A stretch of DNA of 64,000 bases from Candidatus Woesearchaeota archaeon. GTDB taxonomy: Archaea > Nanobdellota > Nanobdellia > Pacearchaeales > GW2011-AR1. The stretch is taken from assembly GCA_964606775.1 (NCBI GenBank), contig CAZSGW010000003.1, positions 13,335-77,334 of the forward strand, given 5' to 3'. A program made the position numbers and the translations under genes. The notes beneath the pieces were generated by a model. It saw only the letters and a program-made list of their open reading frames with translations, had not been told where the DNA came from and did not search any database. This document shows positions 10,352 to 18,611 of the stretch, one piece after another. Every line of letters starts with the position of its first letter. The first letter of the stretch is position 1.

Positions 10352-11538
10352 TTAATTTCTTCTTCATTTAATTTTAATTCTTCTTTTATTTTTGGGTTTG
10401 AATTAATGATTTGCTTTATCAAAGGAAATTCTTTCATTGCTCTTTTAATGCTTATATGTACTGCTTGAGCATATTTTTGTGCGATGGATTTTTTCTTTGC
10501 TGTCTTTTGATTGTTCATCCAAATTTTTAGGATTCTCGAAGGTCTTTTATATTTTGTGAAGTTTGTTCTTGGTTTGCTGAGGTCTTTTGATGCAGATATT
10601 CCGTAACTTAGAAGAATATTTTCGTATAACATAAATCTCCAATATTGTTGTTTGTATATTCTCCCTTTGAAAATGTCTGCTTTGCTTAAGCTTTCTACAG
10701 CCTTTGCTAGTTCTATTCCAGAATATTCTTTTGGAATGTTTTCTTCTACCCATAGCATTATTTCATCTAAAGGCATTTTTACTTCGTCAAATATTCTTGA
10801 TGTTTCTTTTTCAGGTTTTGATTTGAAAATCTTTTGAAGTGCTTTGAAAATGTCTAGTTCTTTGTTTCTTTCATCGAATGATATTTTTGAGGGGTCTTCA
10901 AGTTTTGATATTGTTTGTAAGTCATTTATTGCGGCTCTTAAATCTCCTCTAGACTTTTTTGCTATTTGTGTTAAAATTTCATTGTTGATGAATTTTTTTT
11001 CTATTTTTAGAATATCTATTAAGGTCCTTTTTATCTCTTGGTAGTCTATTTCCTGTAGTTGAACTAGTTCGCATAGTTTTCTTAGGGGGGCTAGTTTTTT
11101 TGTCCATGCGTCGTTGGCAGTTATTATTAAGGGGTATTTTGAATTTTGAATTAGTTTTACCAGTTCTGGTACCCCTCCCCTATCAGTTCCCATTATTCCA
11201 TCGGCTTCATCCACTAGAATTATTTTTGATTTCTTTATAAGTGATTTTTGTTGTAGTACTGGTTTTAATATTTCTTGTAATCTGTTTTTATCTCTAAAGT
11301 CTGAAGCGTTTAGTTCGAATATTTCTGAGTTTGTTTCGTTTGACGCTACGTAGGCAAGAGTTGTTTTACCTATTCCCGGGGGTCCGTATAAAAGTAGAGC
11401 TTTTTTTTGATTTTTACTTCCCGCTAAATTTGTAATATTAAAGCTTGTTATGAAATTTTTTATTTTTTTTATGGCTTCTTCTTGTCCTTTTATTTCTAGA
11501 AAACTTTTAGGTCTGTGTCTTTCTGTCCAGGGGCTCAT
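10336..11538 (-). CDS. rfcL: replication factor C large subunit
   Basis: 400 aa. N-terminal PWTEKHRP...LLLYGPPGIGKTT (Walker A) is the RFC clamp-loader signature. It lies directly upstream of rfcS. Confidence 0.85.
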   Translation of the reverse strand: MSPWTERHRPKSFLEIKGQEEAIKKIKNFITSFNITNLAGSKNQKKALLLYGPPGIGKTTLAYVASNETNSEIFELNASDFRDKNRLQEILKPVLQQKSLIKKSKIILVDEADGIMGTDRGGVPELVKLIQNSKYPLIITANDAWTKKLAPLRKLCELVQLQEIDYQEIKRTLIDILKIEKKFINNEILTQIAKKSRGDLRAAINDLQTISKLEDPSKISFDERNKELDIFKALQKIFKSKPEKETSRIFDEVKMPLDEIMLWVEENIPKEYSGIELAKAVESLSKADIFKGRIYKQQYWRFMLYENILLSYGISASKDLSKPRTNFTKYKRPSRILKIWMNNQKTAKKKSIAQKYAQAVHISIKRAMKEFPLIKQIINSNPKIKEELKLNEEEINYLVK

Positions 11539-11539
11539 T

Positions 11540-12499
11540 TTATTTTCCTAGTCCTGCTAATACAAAACTCGCTAGTAGAGATTGGAGTTGTATAAATGGA
11601 TCAGAACCTTCGATAATCCTGAATTCTATTTCACCTGTTTTTTCAGTTAGTTTTACTTTAACTTCTGGTTCAATAGGTAAATTCCAAATTTCTTTTTGGA
11701 TTGCCTTTACCGCATCTTGGCCTGAGATAGATTCTTTTAACATTACGTCTAATAGTTTATCTTTTGCATTTTCAAAGTCTCCAGAGAGAGCGTATTCTAA
11801 AATTAATTTGATGTTTTTTGGTTTTGTGTTTGAGATTACTGTTGAAACTAATTCTGGAGTTACCTGTGGAGAAATTGATGCGGTTGATTGTAAGATATTT
11901 ACTGCCCGTCTACAATCTCCCTCACTGCCTTCATAAATTATATCTATTGCTTCTGGATATAGTGCAAGACTTTCTTTCTCGGCTATTCTTCTTAGATAGT
12001 TTTCGATGTCTTTTTTTTCTAAAAGTCTGAATCTGAAAATTGCACAACGGGATTGAATTGGGTCTATGATTTTTGAGGAGTAGTTGCAAGATAGAATAAA
12101 TCTACATGTTGAAGAGTAGTTCTCCATAGTCCTTCTTAGTGCTTGTTGTGCTTCAGGTGTTAGTGCATCTGCTTCATCTAAGAAAATTACTTTGAAAGGA
12201 ATGTTTCCTAAAGATTTTGTTCTTGCGAAATTTTTTACTTTCTCTCTCACTACTTGAATTCCTCTCTCGTCTGATGCGTTTAGTTCTAGATAATTCTCTC
12301 TCCAATTATCTCTAAAAAGTTCTTTAACGGTTATTAATGCGAGGGTTGATTTTCCTGTACCTGCGGGACCTGCGAAGAGTAAATGAGGAATGTTTAAAGA
12401 ATTTGTTAAGGACATAACTCTTTTGACAGCATCTTCCTGTCCTACGATGTCTGCGAATTTGTTTGGACGATATTTTTCAGTCCATATTCCACTTATCAT
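11540..12499 (-). CDS. rfcS: replication factor C small subunit
   Basis: 319 aa. IWTEKYRPNKFADIVGQ and LLFAGPAGTGKST are the classic RFC small-subunit motifs. Confidence 0.9.
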   Translation of the reverse strand: MISGIWTEKYRPNKFADIVGQEDAVKRVMSLTNSLNIPHLLFAGPAGTGKSTLALITVKELFRDNWRENYLELNASDERGIQVVREKVKNFARTKSLGNIPFKVIFLDEADALTPEAQQALRRTMENYSSTCRFILSCNYSSKIIDPIQSRCAIFRFRLLEKKDIENYLRRIAEKESLALYPEAIDIIYEGSEGDCRRAVNILQSTASISPQVTPELVSTVISNTKPKNIKLILEYALSGDFENAKDKLLDVMLKESISGQDAVKAIQKEIWNLPIEPEVKVKLTEKTGEIEFRIIEGSDPFIQLQSLLASFVLAGLGK

Positions 12500-12635
12500 T
12501 AAATTAACCTCCTCTGAAATCTCTTTTTCATAAGATGAATATTGATTTTTCCTTAATAAAGGTTGTTGTAGTGAATTGGTTGTTTTGGAATTATTTTCTG
12601 AAATAAATTAAATTTGTTTACAAATTTATAGAGAA

Positions 12636-12752
12636 TTATCTACTTCTTGCCTTTCTAACTTTACGTTTGTGTTTAGCTTTTCTAAGTTTTTTTCTTTGCC
12701 ATTTCCAACGCATTTGGCCTTCCTTCTTCCATCTTCTACTTGATCTTTTCAT
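12636..12752 (-). CDS. rpl41e: ribosomal protein L41e (38 aa)
   Basis: Hand-translated minus-strand small ORF, MKRSSRRWKKEGQMRWKWQRKKLRKAKHKRKVRKARSR. It matches the extremely basic L41e peptide pattern (RRWKKKGRMRWKW...) and is absent from the ORF track because it is under 60 aa. Confidence 0.6.
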   Translation of the reverse strand: MKRSSRRWKKEGQMRWKWQRKKLRKAKHKRKVRKARSR

Positions 12753-12783
12753 GGGAATTTGAAAACCAATTTAGTTTAAAAAG

Positions 12784-13440
12784 CTATCGGCTTTTTGTGA
12801 TATTAACTCTTTTACAATATTTTTTTACTGGGCAAATTGAACATTTTGGCGAGACTGGTTGGCAAATTTCCCTTCCAAATTGAACGAATATTGCGTTGAA
12901 GTCTGGCCAGTATAACTCCGGAATTATTTTAGGTATTTCTTTATCTGTTTGTTCCGCTGTTTTAGTTTTAATCCATCCTAATCTATTTGGGATTCTATGG
13001 CAGTGAGTATCTATGGGAATGACTGGTTTGTCAAATGCAAAAGCCAAAACTATTTTTGCAGTTTTCGGGCCTATGTGTTTTATTGAAATTAAGTCTTCGT
13101 AATTATCCGGAACTTTTGAGTTGAATCTTTTGATTAATTCTTTTGATACAGATTTTAATGCCTCCGCTTTTTTATTGTAGTGTCCTGTTTTGAAAATTAT
13201 TTTCTTTAATTTTTTATCAGGTATTGAAATTATTTTTTTGGGTGTGTTTGCTATTTTAAAGAGTTCTTTTGAAATTACTTCTGTTGTTTCGTCTCTTGCT
13301 CTCAAGGATAATAAACAAGAAATTAATATTTTGAAGGAATTTGGTTTTTTTCTCATTCTGTTTAGAGTGGTTTTATCGGTTGAAACATATTTTTCAGAGA
13401 GAATTTTCATTATCTTTTCGATTTCTTTTTTAGATGCCAT
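12784..13440 (-). CDS. nth: endonuclease III (HhH-GPD DNA glycosylase with 4Fe-4S cluster)
   Basis: 218 aa. HhH-GPD core plus a C-terminal CQPVSPKCSICPVKKYC cysteine quartet typical of the EndoIII iron-sulfur loop. Confidence 0.85.
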   Translation of the reverse strand: MASKKEIEKIMKILSEKYVSTDKTTLNRMRKKPNSFKILISCLLSLRARDETTEVISKELFKIANTPKKIISIPDKKLKKIIFKTGHYNKKAEALKSVSKELIKRFNSKVPDNYEDLISIKHIGPKTAKIVLAFAFDKPVIPIDTHCHRIPNRLGWIKTKTAEQTDKEIPKIIPELYWPDFNAIFVQFGREICQPVSPKCSICPVKKYCKRVNITKSR

Positions 13441-13579
13441 TAGATTTTTACATCTTGAAAATTATTTAAAAGTATTGAATGTCAAAAAGAGAAAAATATG
13501 AAGAATTGTAATTGTTCTTATTCCGGTTGTCCCGGGAAAGGTATTTGTTGTGAATAGTTAATCAAAGAACAGTTTGATT

Positions 13580-13825
13580 TTATTTTTTTTCACCAAGTAT
13601 TTTTGTAAATAACCAAATTCCCAATACACCTATAATCGTTATTATTATTGCGCTGGCCAGTTTTCCTTGAAGAATGCTCAATGCAGTTATTTTTGCAACA
13701 GCTTCGCTAATTACACTATTCCAAGCCAATGCAATCACTAAGCTAAATGCGGTAACTATTGCAGTAAGTGTTATTTTTTTAAATTCTTTTTTTAGTTTTT
13801 TTACATGTTTTTTTCTTTTTTTCAT
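13580..13825 (-). CDS. small membrane protein with Lys-rich N-terminus
   Basis: 81 aa. MKKRKKHVKKLKKEFKK followed by two TM helices. Confidence 0.4.
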   Translation of the reverse strand: MKKRKKHVKKLKKEFKKITLTAIVTAFSLVIALAWNSVISEAVAKITALSILQGKLASAIIITIIGVLGIWLFTKILGEKK

Positions 13826-14382
13826 TTAACAATTTCTCCGTAGGTTTTATTTTTAATTCCTGCTGCATTTCCTTCATCTGTGTCTAAGTGGAATGAAGAT
13901 TTATATTCTGGTTTTACCCTTATTTGAACATCATTAAATGTTACTGGTCTTTTTGTTTTCATTTTTACAGAAACTTTTTGTTTATTTTTTAGTTTGTATT
14001 TTTTAGATTCTTTTTCTGAGAGATGTATATGTCTTTTTGCAATTATTGTTGAAATCATTGCTGTTCCTTTTTTACCTTTAACTTTTATTTTCTTTACGTC
14101 TGCAAGATCTCCAGAGATTCTTAGAGGAGGATTTATTTTTAGTTTGAATGCATCTGTTTGAGAAATTTCTAATTGGGATTTGTTTCTTGTTGGTCCAAGA
14201 ACTCTTACATTTTCGATTTTATTTTTTCCTGAGGTTATTGTAACTGTTTCTTTAGAAGCGAATTCTCCTGGTTGAGATAATTTCTTAATTGGTTTTAGTT
14301 TGTGGTTTTTTCCAAATAATTTTTCTAAATCTTTTTGAGATAAATGTATATGTCTTGCTGAAACTTCTGTTAGTATTTTCAT
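13822..14382 (-). CDS. pduL: PduL-type phosphate acyltransferase (phosphotransacetylase)
   Basis: 186 aa. Two PduL repeats, each with an ARHIHL/KRHIHL motif. It overlaps ackA by 4 bp, which implies an operon. Confidence 0.7.
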   Translation of the reverse strand: MKILTEVSARHIHLSQKDLEKLFGKNHKLKPIKKLSQPGEFASKETVTITSGKNKIENVRVLGPTRNKSQLEISQTDAFKLKINPPLRISGDLADVKKIKVKGKKGTAMISTIIAKRHIHLSEKESKKYKLKNKQKVSVKMKTKRPVTFNDVQIRVKPEYKSSFHLDTDEGNAAGIKNKTYGEIVK

Positions 14383-15356
14383 ATAATTTCTAAAACCTCT
14401 TTTGCTATTTGTAGTTCTTCTTTTGAAGACTCTGTTATTATTTTAAATTTTTTAAGGTATTTTAAGTTTTTGCAAACGTCTTTTCTTATCTTTGAGTTAT
14501 TTGAACCTATTGCACCAGTAAAAACTAGGTTATCTAATCCGTTAAGTGCTGAGACATATGCTCCTATTTTTTTTGTTATTGAGTAAACGAACATTTCGTA
14601 TGCTAATTTTGAATTTTTGTTTTTAATTGTTGAAAGTATTTTTCTGAAATCGGAATGTCCTGAGATTCCTTTTAGTCCGGATTTATTGTTTAATATTTCT
14701 TTAACTTTATGACCTTTTTTTTGTAAGAAGAAAATTATTTCGGGGTCTATGTTTCCAGAACGAGTTCCCATCATAACTCCTGCAAGAGGAGAGAATCCCA
14801 TAGATGTTTCTATTGGTTTTGAATTTTTTATTGCGGTTATGCTACATCCTGCTCCAAGATGACATACTATTGTTTTTCCCTTTGTTTTTTCTGAGAAGTA
14901 TTTATGGGAAATTCCATGAAATCCGTATTTTCTTATTTTGTATTTTGTTGAGATGCTTTTTGGAATTGCATATATTTTTGATATATCTGGTAAGTCTGTA
15001 AAAAACGAGGTATCAAAAACAGCATACTGAGGAGTTTCTAATTTTTCACATATTTTTATTGCCATTAATTCTTTGGGATTGTGTAATGGAGCGAATTCTC
15101 CGAATTTTTTTATTTGTTTTTTAACTTTCGAATTTATTTTTTGAGGTTTCTTGTATTCTCCTCCATGGACAATTCTGTGTGCTATTAAATCTATTTTTTC
15201 TTTTGATAATTTTTTTAGTGTTTTTTCTATTGCTTTTTTGAAATCTTTTTTGCTTGTTAGTTTGTCTTCTTTTCCAGATTTTATTTTTTTCAGATTATTA
15301 AATAAACTGTATTTTATGCTGGAACTTCCTACGTTGAAAATTAATATCTTTTTCAT
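14379..15356 (-). CDS. ackA: acetate/propionate kinase
   Basis: 325 aa. Shows N-terminal ILIFNVGSSSIKYSLF, HRIVHGGE, GFHGISHKY, HLGAGCSI and SMGFSPLAGVMMGTRSGNIDP, all conserved acetokinase motifs. It is a compact version, since typical AckA is about 400 aa. Confidence 0.8.
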   Translation of the reverse strand: MKKILIFNVGSSSIKYSLFNNLKKIKSGKEDKLTSKKDFKKAIEKTLKKLSKEKIDLIAHRIVHGGEYKKPQKINSKVKKQIKKFGEFAPLHNPKELMAIKICEKLETPQYAVFDTSFFTDLPDISKIYAIPKSISTKYKIRKYGFHGISHKYFSEKTKGKTIVCHLGAGCSITAIKNSKPIETSMGFSPLAGVMMGTRSGNIDPEIIFFLQKKGHKVKEILNNKSGLKGISGHSDFRKILSTIKNKNSKLAYEMFVYSITKKIGAYVSALNGLDNLVFTGAIGSNNSKIRKDVCKNLKYLKKFKIITESSKEELQIAKEVLEII

Positions 15357-15357
15357 T

Positions 15358-15660
15358 TTAGAGTTTTATTTTTTCTGCGATGTCTCCTATTATGAATGTG
15401 TTTATTTTTTTCCCGGAGAGTGCATTTATCCATGACGCAACCCAAAGAATTATTATGAATATGTAAAATAGCCAACCTATTATTTTTATTTCCATTAGAA
15501 TTTCGGCAATTACAAATCCAATGAAGATTATTAACCCTTGTTTTGCATAGAACATCACATATTTATCTTCTCTTGAAATTAGGATTGCAATTAGAAATCC
15601 AACTATTGTAAAAAATGAAGCAATCCAAGCTAATACTTTTTTTTCACCCTTTTTTGGCAT
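15358..15660 (-). CDS. small membrane protein (hypothetical)
   Basis: 100 aa with three hydrophobic helices. Confidence 0.4.
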   Translation of the reverse strand: MPKKGEKKVLAWIASFFTIVGFLIAILISREDKYVMFYAKQGLIIFIGFVIAEILMEIKIIGWLFYIFIIILWVASWINALSGKKINTFIIGDIAEKIKL

Positions 15661-15732
15661 GATTATATGAGGTATTCGGTTTTTATAAAGTTGATGAAAA
15701 ATATTTAAAGGAGAATGGTTAACTTTAGTTGA

Positions 15733-15805
15733 AGCCCGTTAGTACAGTGGTCAAGTATGCTAGACTCTGGATCTGGCGACCCAGGTTCGAATCCTGGACG
15801 GGCTA
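15733..15805 (+). tRNA. tRNA-Gln(CUG): tRNA-Gln (anticodon CUG)
   Basis: Cloverleaf folded by hand. Acceptor AGCCCGU/ACGGGCU, D-stem GUAC/GUAU, anticodon stem CUAGA/UCUGG, loop CUCUGGA, T-arm CCAGG-UUCGAAU-CCUGG. No intron, and CCA is not encoded. Confidence 0.85.
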
Positions 15806-15836
15806 TTTTTATAAAGTTAAGTTTTCTTATTGTTAT

Positions 15837-16508
15837 ATGAAAACAAAAGTGGTGGCTACAATTGGACCTTCTAGTTTTAAACATTTAAAGAAGATGAAAG
15901 ATTCTGGAATGAATATTGCAAGAATAAACACTAAGTATGGAAATAATGATGAATGGGAATGGGTGATTTCTCATTTAAAGAAACATAATATTGAGATTAT
16001 GGTTGATATAAAAGGTTTAGGGGTTTTAGATTGGGTTTTATCTCAGGATATAGATTATCTTGCAGTATCTTATGCTAAGAATTCAGCCCAAATAAAAAAA
16101 ATTAAAAAAAAGTTAGATAAGAACGTTAAGGTGGTTTCAAAAATTGAGACTATAGAAGGAATTAAGAATATTGATGGACTGATAAAAAATAGTTATGGTC
16201 TGATGGTTGCTAGAGGGGATTTATCCGAGAATGTTTCTTTTGAGAAGGTCCCGTATTATAAGAATATGATAATTGATAAATGTATTAAGCAGAATAAATT
16301 TACTATTGTTGCTACCGAGATGTTAATGTCAATGGTTGATTTTAAGAAGCCGACTAATGCAGAGGTTGACGATGTTTTTAGTTCGGTTATTGAAGGTGCT
16401 AAAGGAGTCATGCTTTCTGAAGAAACGGCAATTGGGAAATATCCTGTTTTGAGCGTTAAGACAATGGTTAAAATTGTTAAAGAAGCCGAGAAATATTTGA
16501 AATTATAA
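15837..16508 (+). CDS. pyk: pyruvate kinase-like protein, A-domain only (no B or C domains)
   Basis: Start trimmed to M at 15837, because the track ORF ran through tRNA-Gln. MKTKVVATIGPSS, ARINTKYG, MVARGDL and MLSEETAIGKYP match the pyruvate kinase barrel, but the product is only 223 aa. Confidence 0.6.
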   Translation: MKTKVVATIGPSSFKHLKKMKDSGMNIARINTKYGNNDEWEWVISHLKKHNIEIMVDIKGLGVLDWVLSQDIDYLAVSYAKNSAQIKKIKKKLDKNVKVVSKIETIEGIKNIDGLIKNSYGLMVARGDLSENVSFEKVPYYKNMIIDKCIKQNKFTIVATEMLMSMVDFKKPTNAEVDDVFSSVIEGAKGVMLSEETAIGKYPVLSVKTMVKIVKEAEKYLKL

Positions 16509-16555
16509 AGGTTTTTAAGGATAGTAATCCAAGTTTTTTTAGTTTGTAGATAAAA

Positions 16556-16752
16556 GCCCCGATAGTACAGAGGCCAAGTATGCTACCCTCTCATGAAAGA
16601 CCCGAGGGAAAAAAGTATTATATTCTAATATTTATACCCCGAAGGAAGAAGAGGTGGTGACCAGAACTTGATGAAAGGAAAGGTCTAGCGTCTCAACGCA
16701 ACTACTTTTTCAGAGAACGGTGGTGACCCGGGTTCGAATCCCGGTCGGGGCG
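16556..16752 (+). tRNA. tRNA-Glu(CUC): tRNA-Glu (anticodon CUC) with ~124-nt intron at canonical 37/38 position
   Basis: 5' exon GCCCCGAUAGUACAGAGGCCAAGUAUGCUACCCUCUCA. 3' exon C-GGUGG-UGAC-CCGGG-UUCGAAU-CCCGG-UCGGGGC-G. Acceptor, D-arm and T-arm are identical to the intronless tRNA-Glu(UUC) at 53385-53457. Intron approx 16594-16717. Confidence 0.7.
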
Positions 16753-16759
16753 TTTGAAA

Positions 16760-17116
16760 TTATTGATATTTAAATTCATTTCGTGATAATTGTTTATATG
16801 TTGAGTGCATTTCTGAATCAATTTTTTTTGGATGTCTAATTATTACTGCATTTAGTTTATTTCTCATCCTATATGCGAGATCCGAGATCTCTGATGAATT
16901 TAAAGTAATCTCTTTGTTTTTTGAATCAAAGTAAATTCCTATTCCTTGTTTTTTTCCGTCTTTTCCTTTAGCATAAAATTGGCCTTCTGAAAATTTTAGT
17001 TCTTCTACAGAAAATCTTAAATTGGAACCTCTGTCTAAAACTATTGGCCCATCCATCAGTTTCTTTTCTATTACAGAATTGTATGTCTTTGCAAGTTCGT
17101 TTCCACTTAGCGTCAT
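16760..17116 (-). CDS. hypothetical protein
   Basis: 118-aa ORF. Confidence 0.4.
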   Translation of the reverse strand: MTLSGNELAKTYNSVIEKKLMDGPIVLDRGSNLRFSVEELKFSEGQFYAKGKDGKKQGIGIYFDSKNKEITLNSSEISDLAYRMRNKLNAVIIRHPKKIDSEMHSTYKQLSRNEFKYQ

Positions 17117-17218
17117 AGTTAGTTAAATCTCTTTATTTTTTTAAATCTTTCTGTATTGTAACTATTTTTGGGTTAAAACAACAGAAAAATATTTAAAAAG
17201 AAGTCTCTTTGAAAAATT

Positions 17219-18583
17219 ATGAAAAAAGATTTTTATATAATTTCAACATATCCAGAAAGAGTTTGTGGGGTTGGAACATTTACACGAGACTTTACTAATG
17301 CTTTGGGAAAATTCTCTGAAAAAGTAGGAAAAATAAATATTGCGGCAATTAATGATAAAGATTCTAATTATTATGCTTATCCTGTTACAAAAGAAATAAA
17401 ACAATATGACCCTGATTCTTGGAGTTCAGTAACTCAGGAAATAATCTCTGAAAATAAAAATAGAAATGTTAAGCCCACAATAATTCTTCAACATGAATAT
17501 GGAATTGATCCTGCGGATGATGGAGAATATGGAAAAGGTATAAACTTTGTTAGAACTGCAAAACAGTTTTACGAAGAAAGTTTTCCTGTGATTTCTTATT
17601 TACATACGGTTAAGGAAGAACCAGAGCAACATCATAAGGAAGTTTTAAGAGACCTCTCTAAATATTCGGATGGTTTGGTTGTTACTGCAAATAAGGCGGT
17701 TAAGATTTTATCCTCTTCAAATTATGGTGTAGATCCTGCTAAGTTGAAGCATATTGATCATGGAACAAGAGATTTTTCAAGAGAAGGAAGGGACGAGGTT
17801 AAAGAAAAATACGGATTAGGAGGAGTTCTTCTTTATACTACGATGGGTATGAAGGGAAAGAGAAAAGGTTTGGAATCAGCTGTTGAAGCATGGGGTAAGT
17901 TTTTGAATGAAAAAGTCTCGAATGAAGACAGAAGTAAACTTTGTTACCTGATTGCTGGAGGGTATCATCCAAATGCTGTAAAGCAGGGATTTGATTTAGA
18001 ATATGATGAAATATTGGAGAAGAGTATAAAGAAAAGTAATCTTAAACATCTTCTTACCCAATCTCCTTCTGAGTTAGGAAGTGCGGCAAGAGATAATGAT
18101 TTAGTTTTGTTGGAACCTCCAGTGAGAGACCACTTTTTATCTGAACAGATGTTAATAGATTTATATACAATGAGCAATGGAGTTCCATTATTATATCCTG
18201 GAAAGGACCAAATTTCAAGTGGGATTCTTGCTGATACAGTTGGTTCTAAAAGAGTCGCAATAACTACTAAATTTTTGTATGCTAAAGAGTTGTTATTGCC
18301 TGAGCCTGAAAAAGGAGATAATAAGGGAATAATTGGAATAGATGATCCGAGTGCAAGAGGTATTCTCGTTGATTTTGAGGATGTTGTGAATCAAACTTCG
18401 GAGGCATTTGATTATCTGACTTACAACGAAAATTCAAGAATTCATATGGAATCTATGTCTACGTTGAGAGGTTATGAGATGAGATGGCAAAATGTTGTTG
18501 AGAATTTCTTGAAGTATTTGGAAGTTATAGGAGAAAAAAAGAAAATGAAACAAGGAAAAGATCCTGTTTTCAGAAGAAAATAA
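17219..18583 (+). CDS. glycosyltransferase family 4-like protein
   Basis: 454 aa. N-terminal FYIISTYPERVCGVGTFTRDF resembles the ISTYPPRxCGIATFT motif of archaeal and bacterial GT4 enzymes. The rest is too divergent to confirm by eye. Confidence 0.45.
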   Translation: MKKDFYIISTYPERVCGVGTFTRDFTNALGKFSEKVGKINIAAINDKDSNYYAYPVTKEIKQYDPDSWSSVTQEIISENKNRNVKPTIILQHEYGIDPADDGEYGKGINFVRTAKQFYEESFPVISYLHTVKEEPEQHHKEVLRDLSKYSDGLVVTANKAVKILSSSNYGVDPAKLKHIDHGTRDFSREGRDEVKEKYGLGGVLLYTTMGMKGKRKGLESAVEAWGKFLNEKVSNEDRSKLCYLIAGGYHPNAVKQGFDLEYDEILEKSIKKSNLKHLLTQSPSELGSAARDNDLVLLEPPVRDHFLSEQMLIDLYTMSNGVPLLYPGKDQISSGILADTVGSKRVAITTKFLYAKELLLPEPEKGDNKGIIGIDDPSARGILVDFEDVVNQTSEAFDYLTYNENSRIHMESMSTLRGYEMRWQNVVENFLKYLEVIGEKKKMKQGKDPVFRRK

Positions 18584-18611
18584 TTATAAATCTATTTCTG
18601 TTGATTATTTT

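Noticed and set aside
15729-15836. 5' extension of the pyruvate-kinase-like ORF (track start 15729).
   Set aside because: The extension is the tRNA-Gln gene itself, whose sequence translates as ...RPRFESWTG. The start was moved to Met 15837, which has an upstream TATA-like box.
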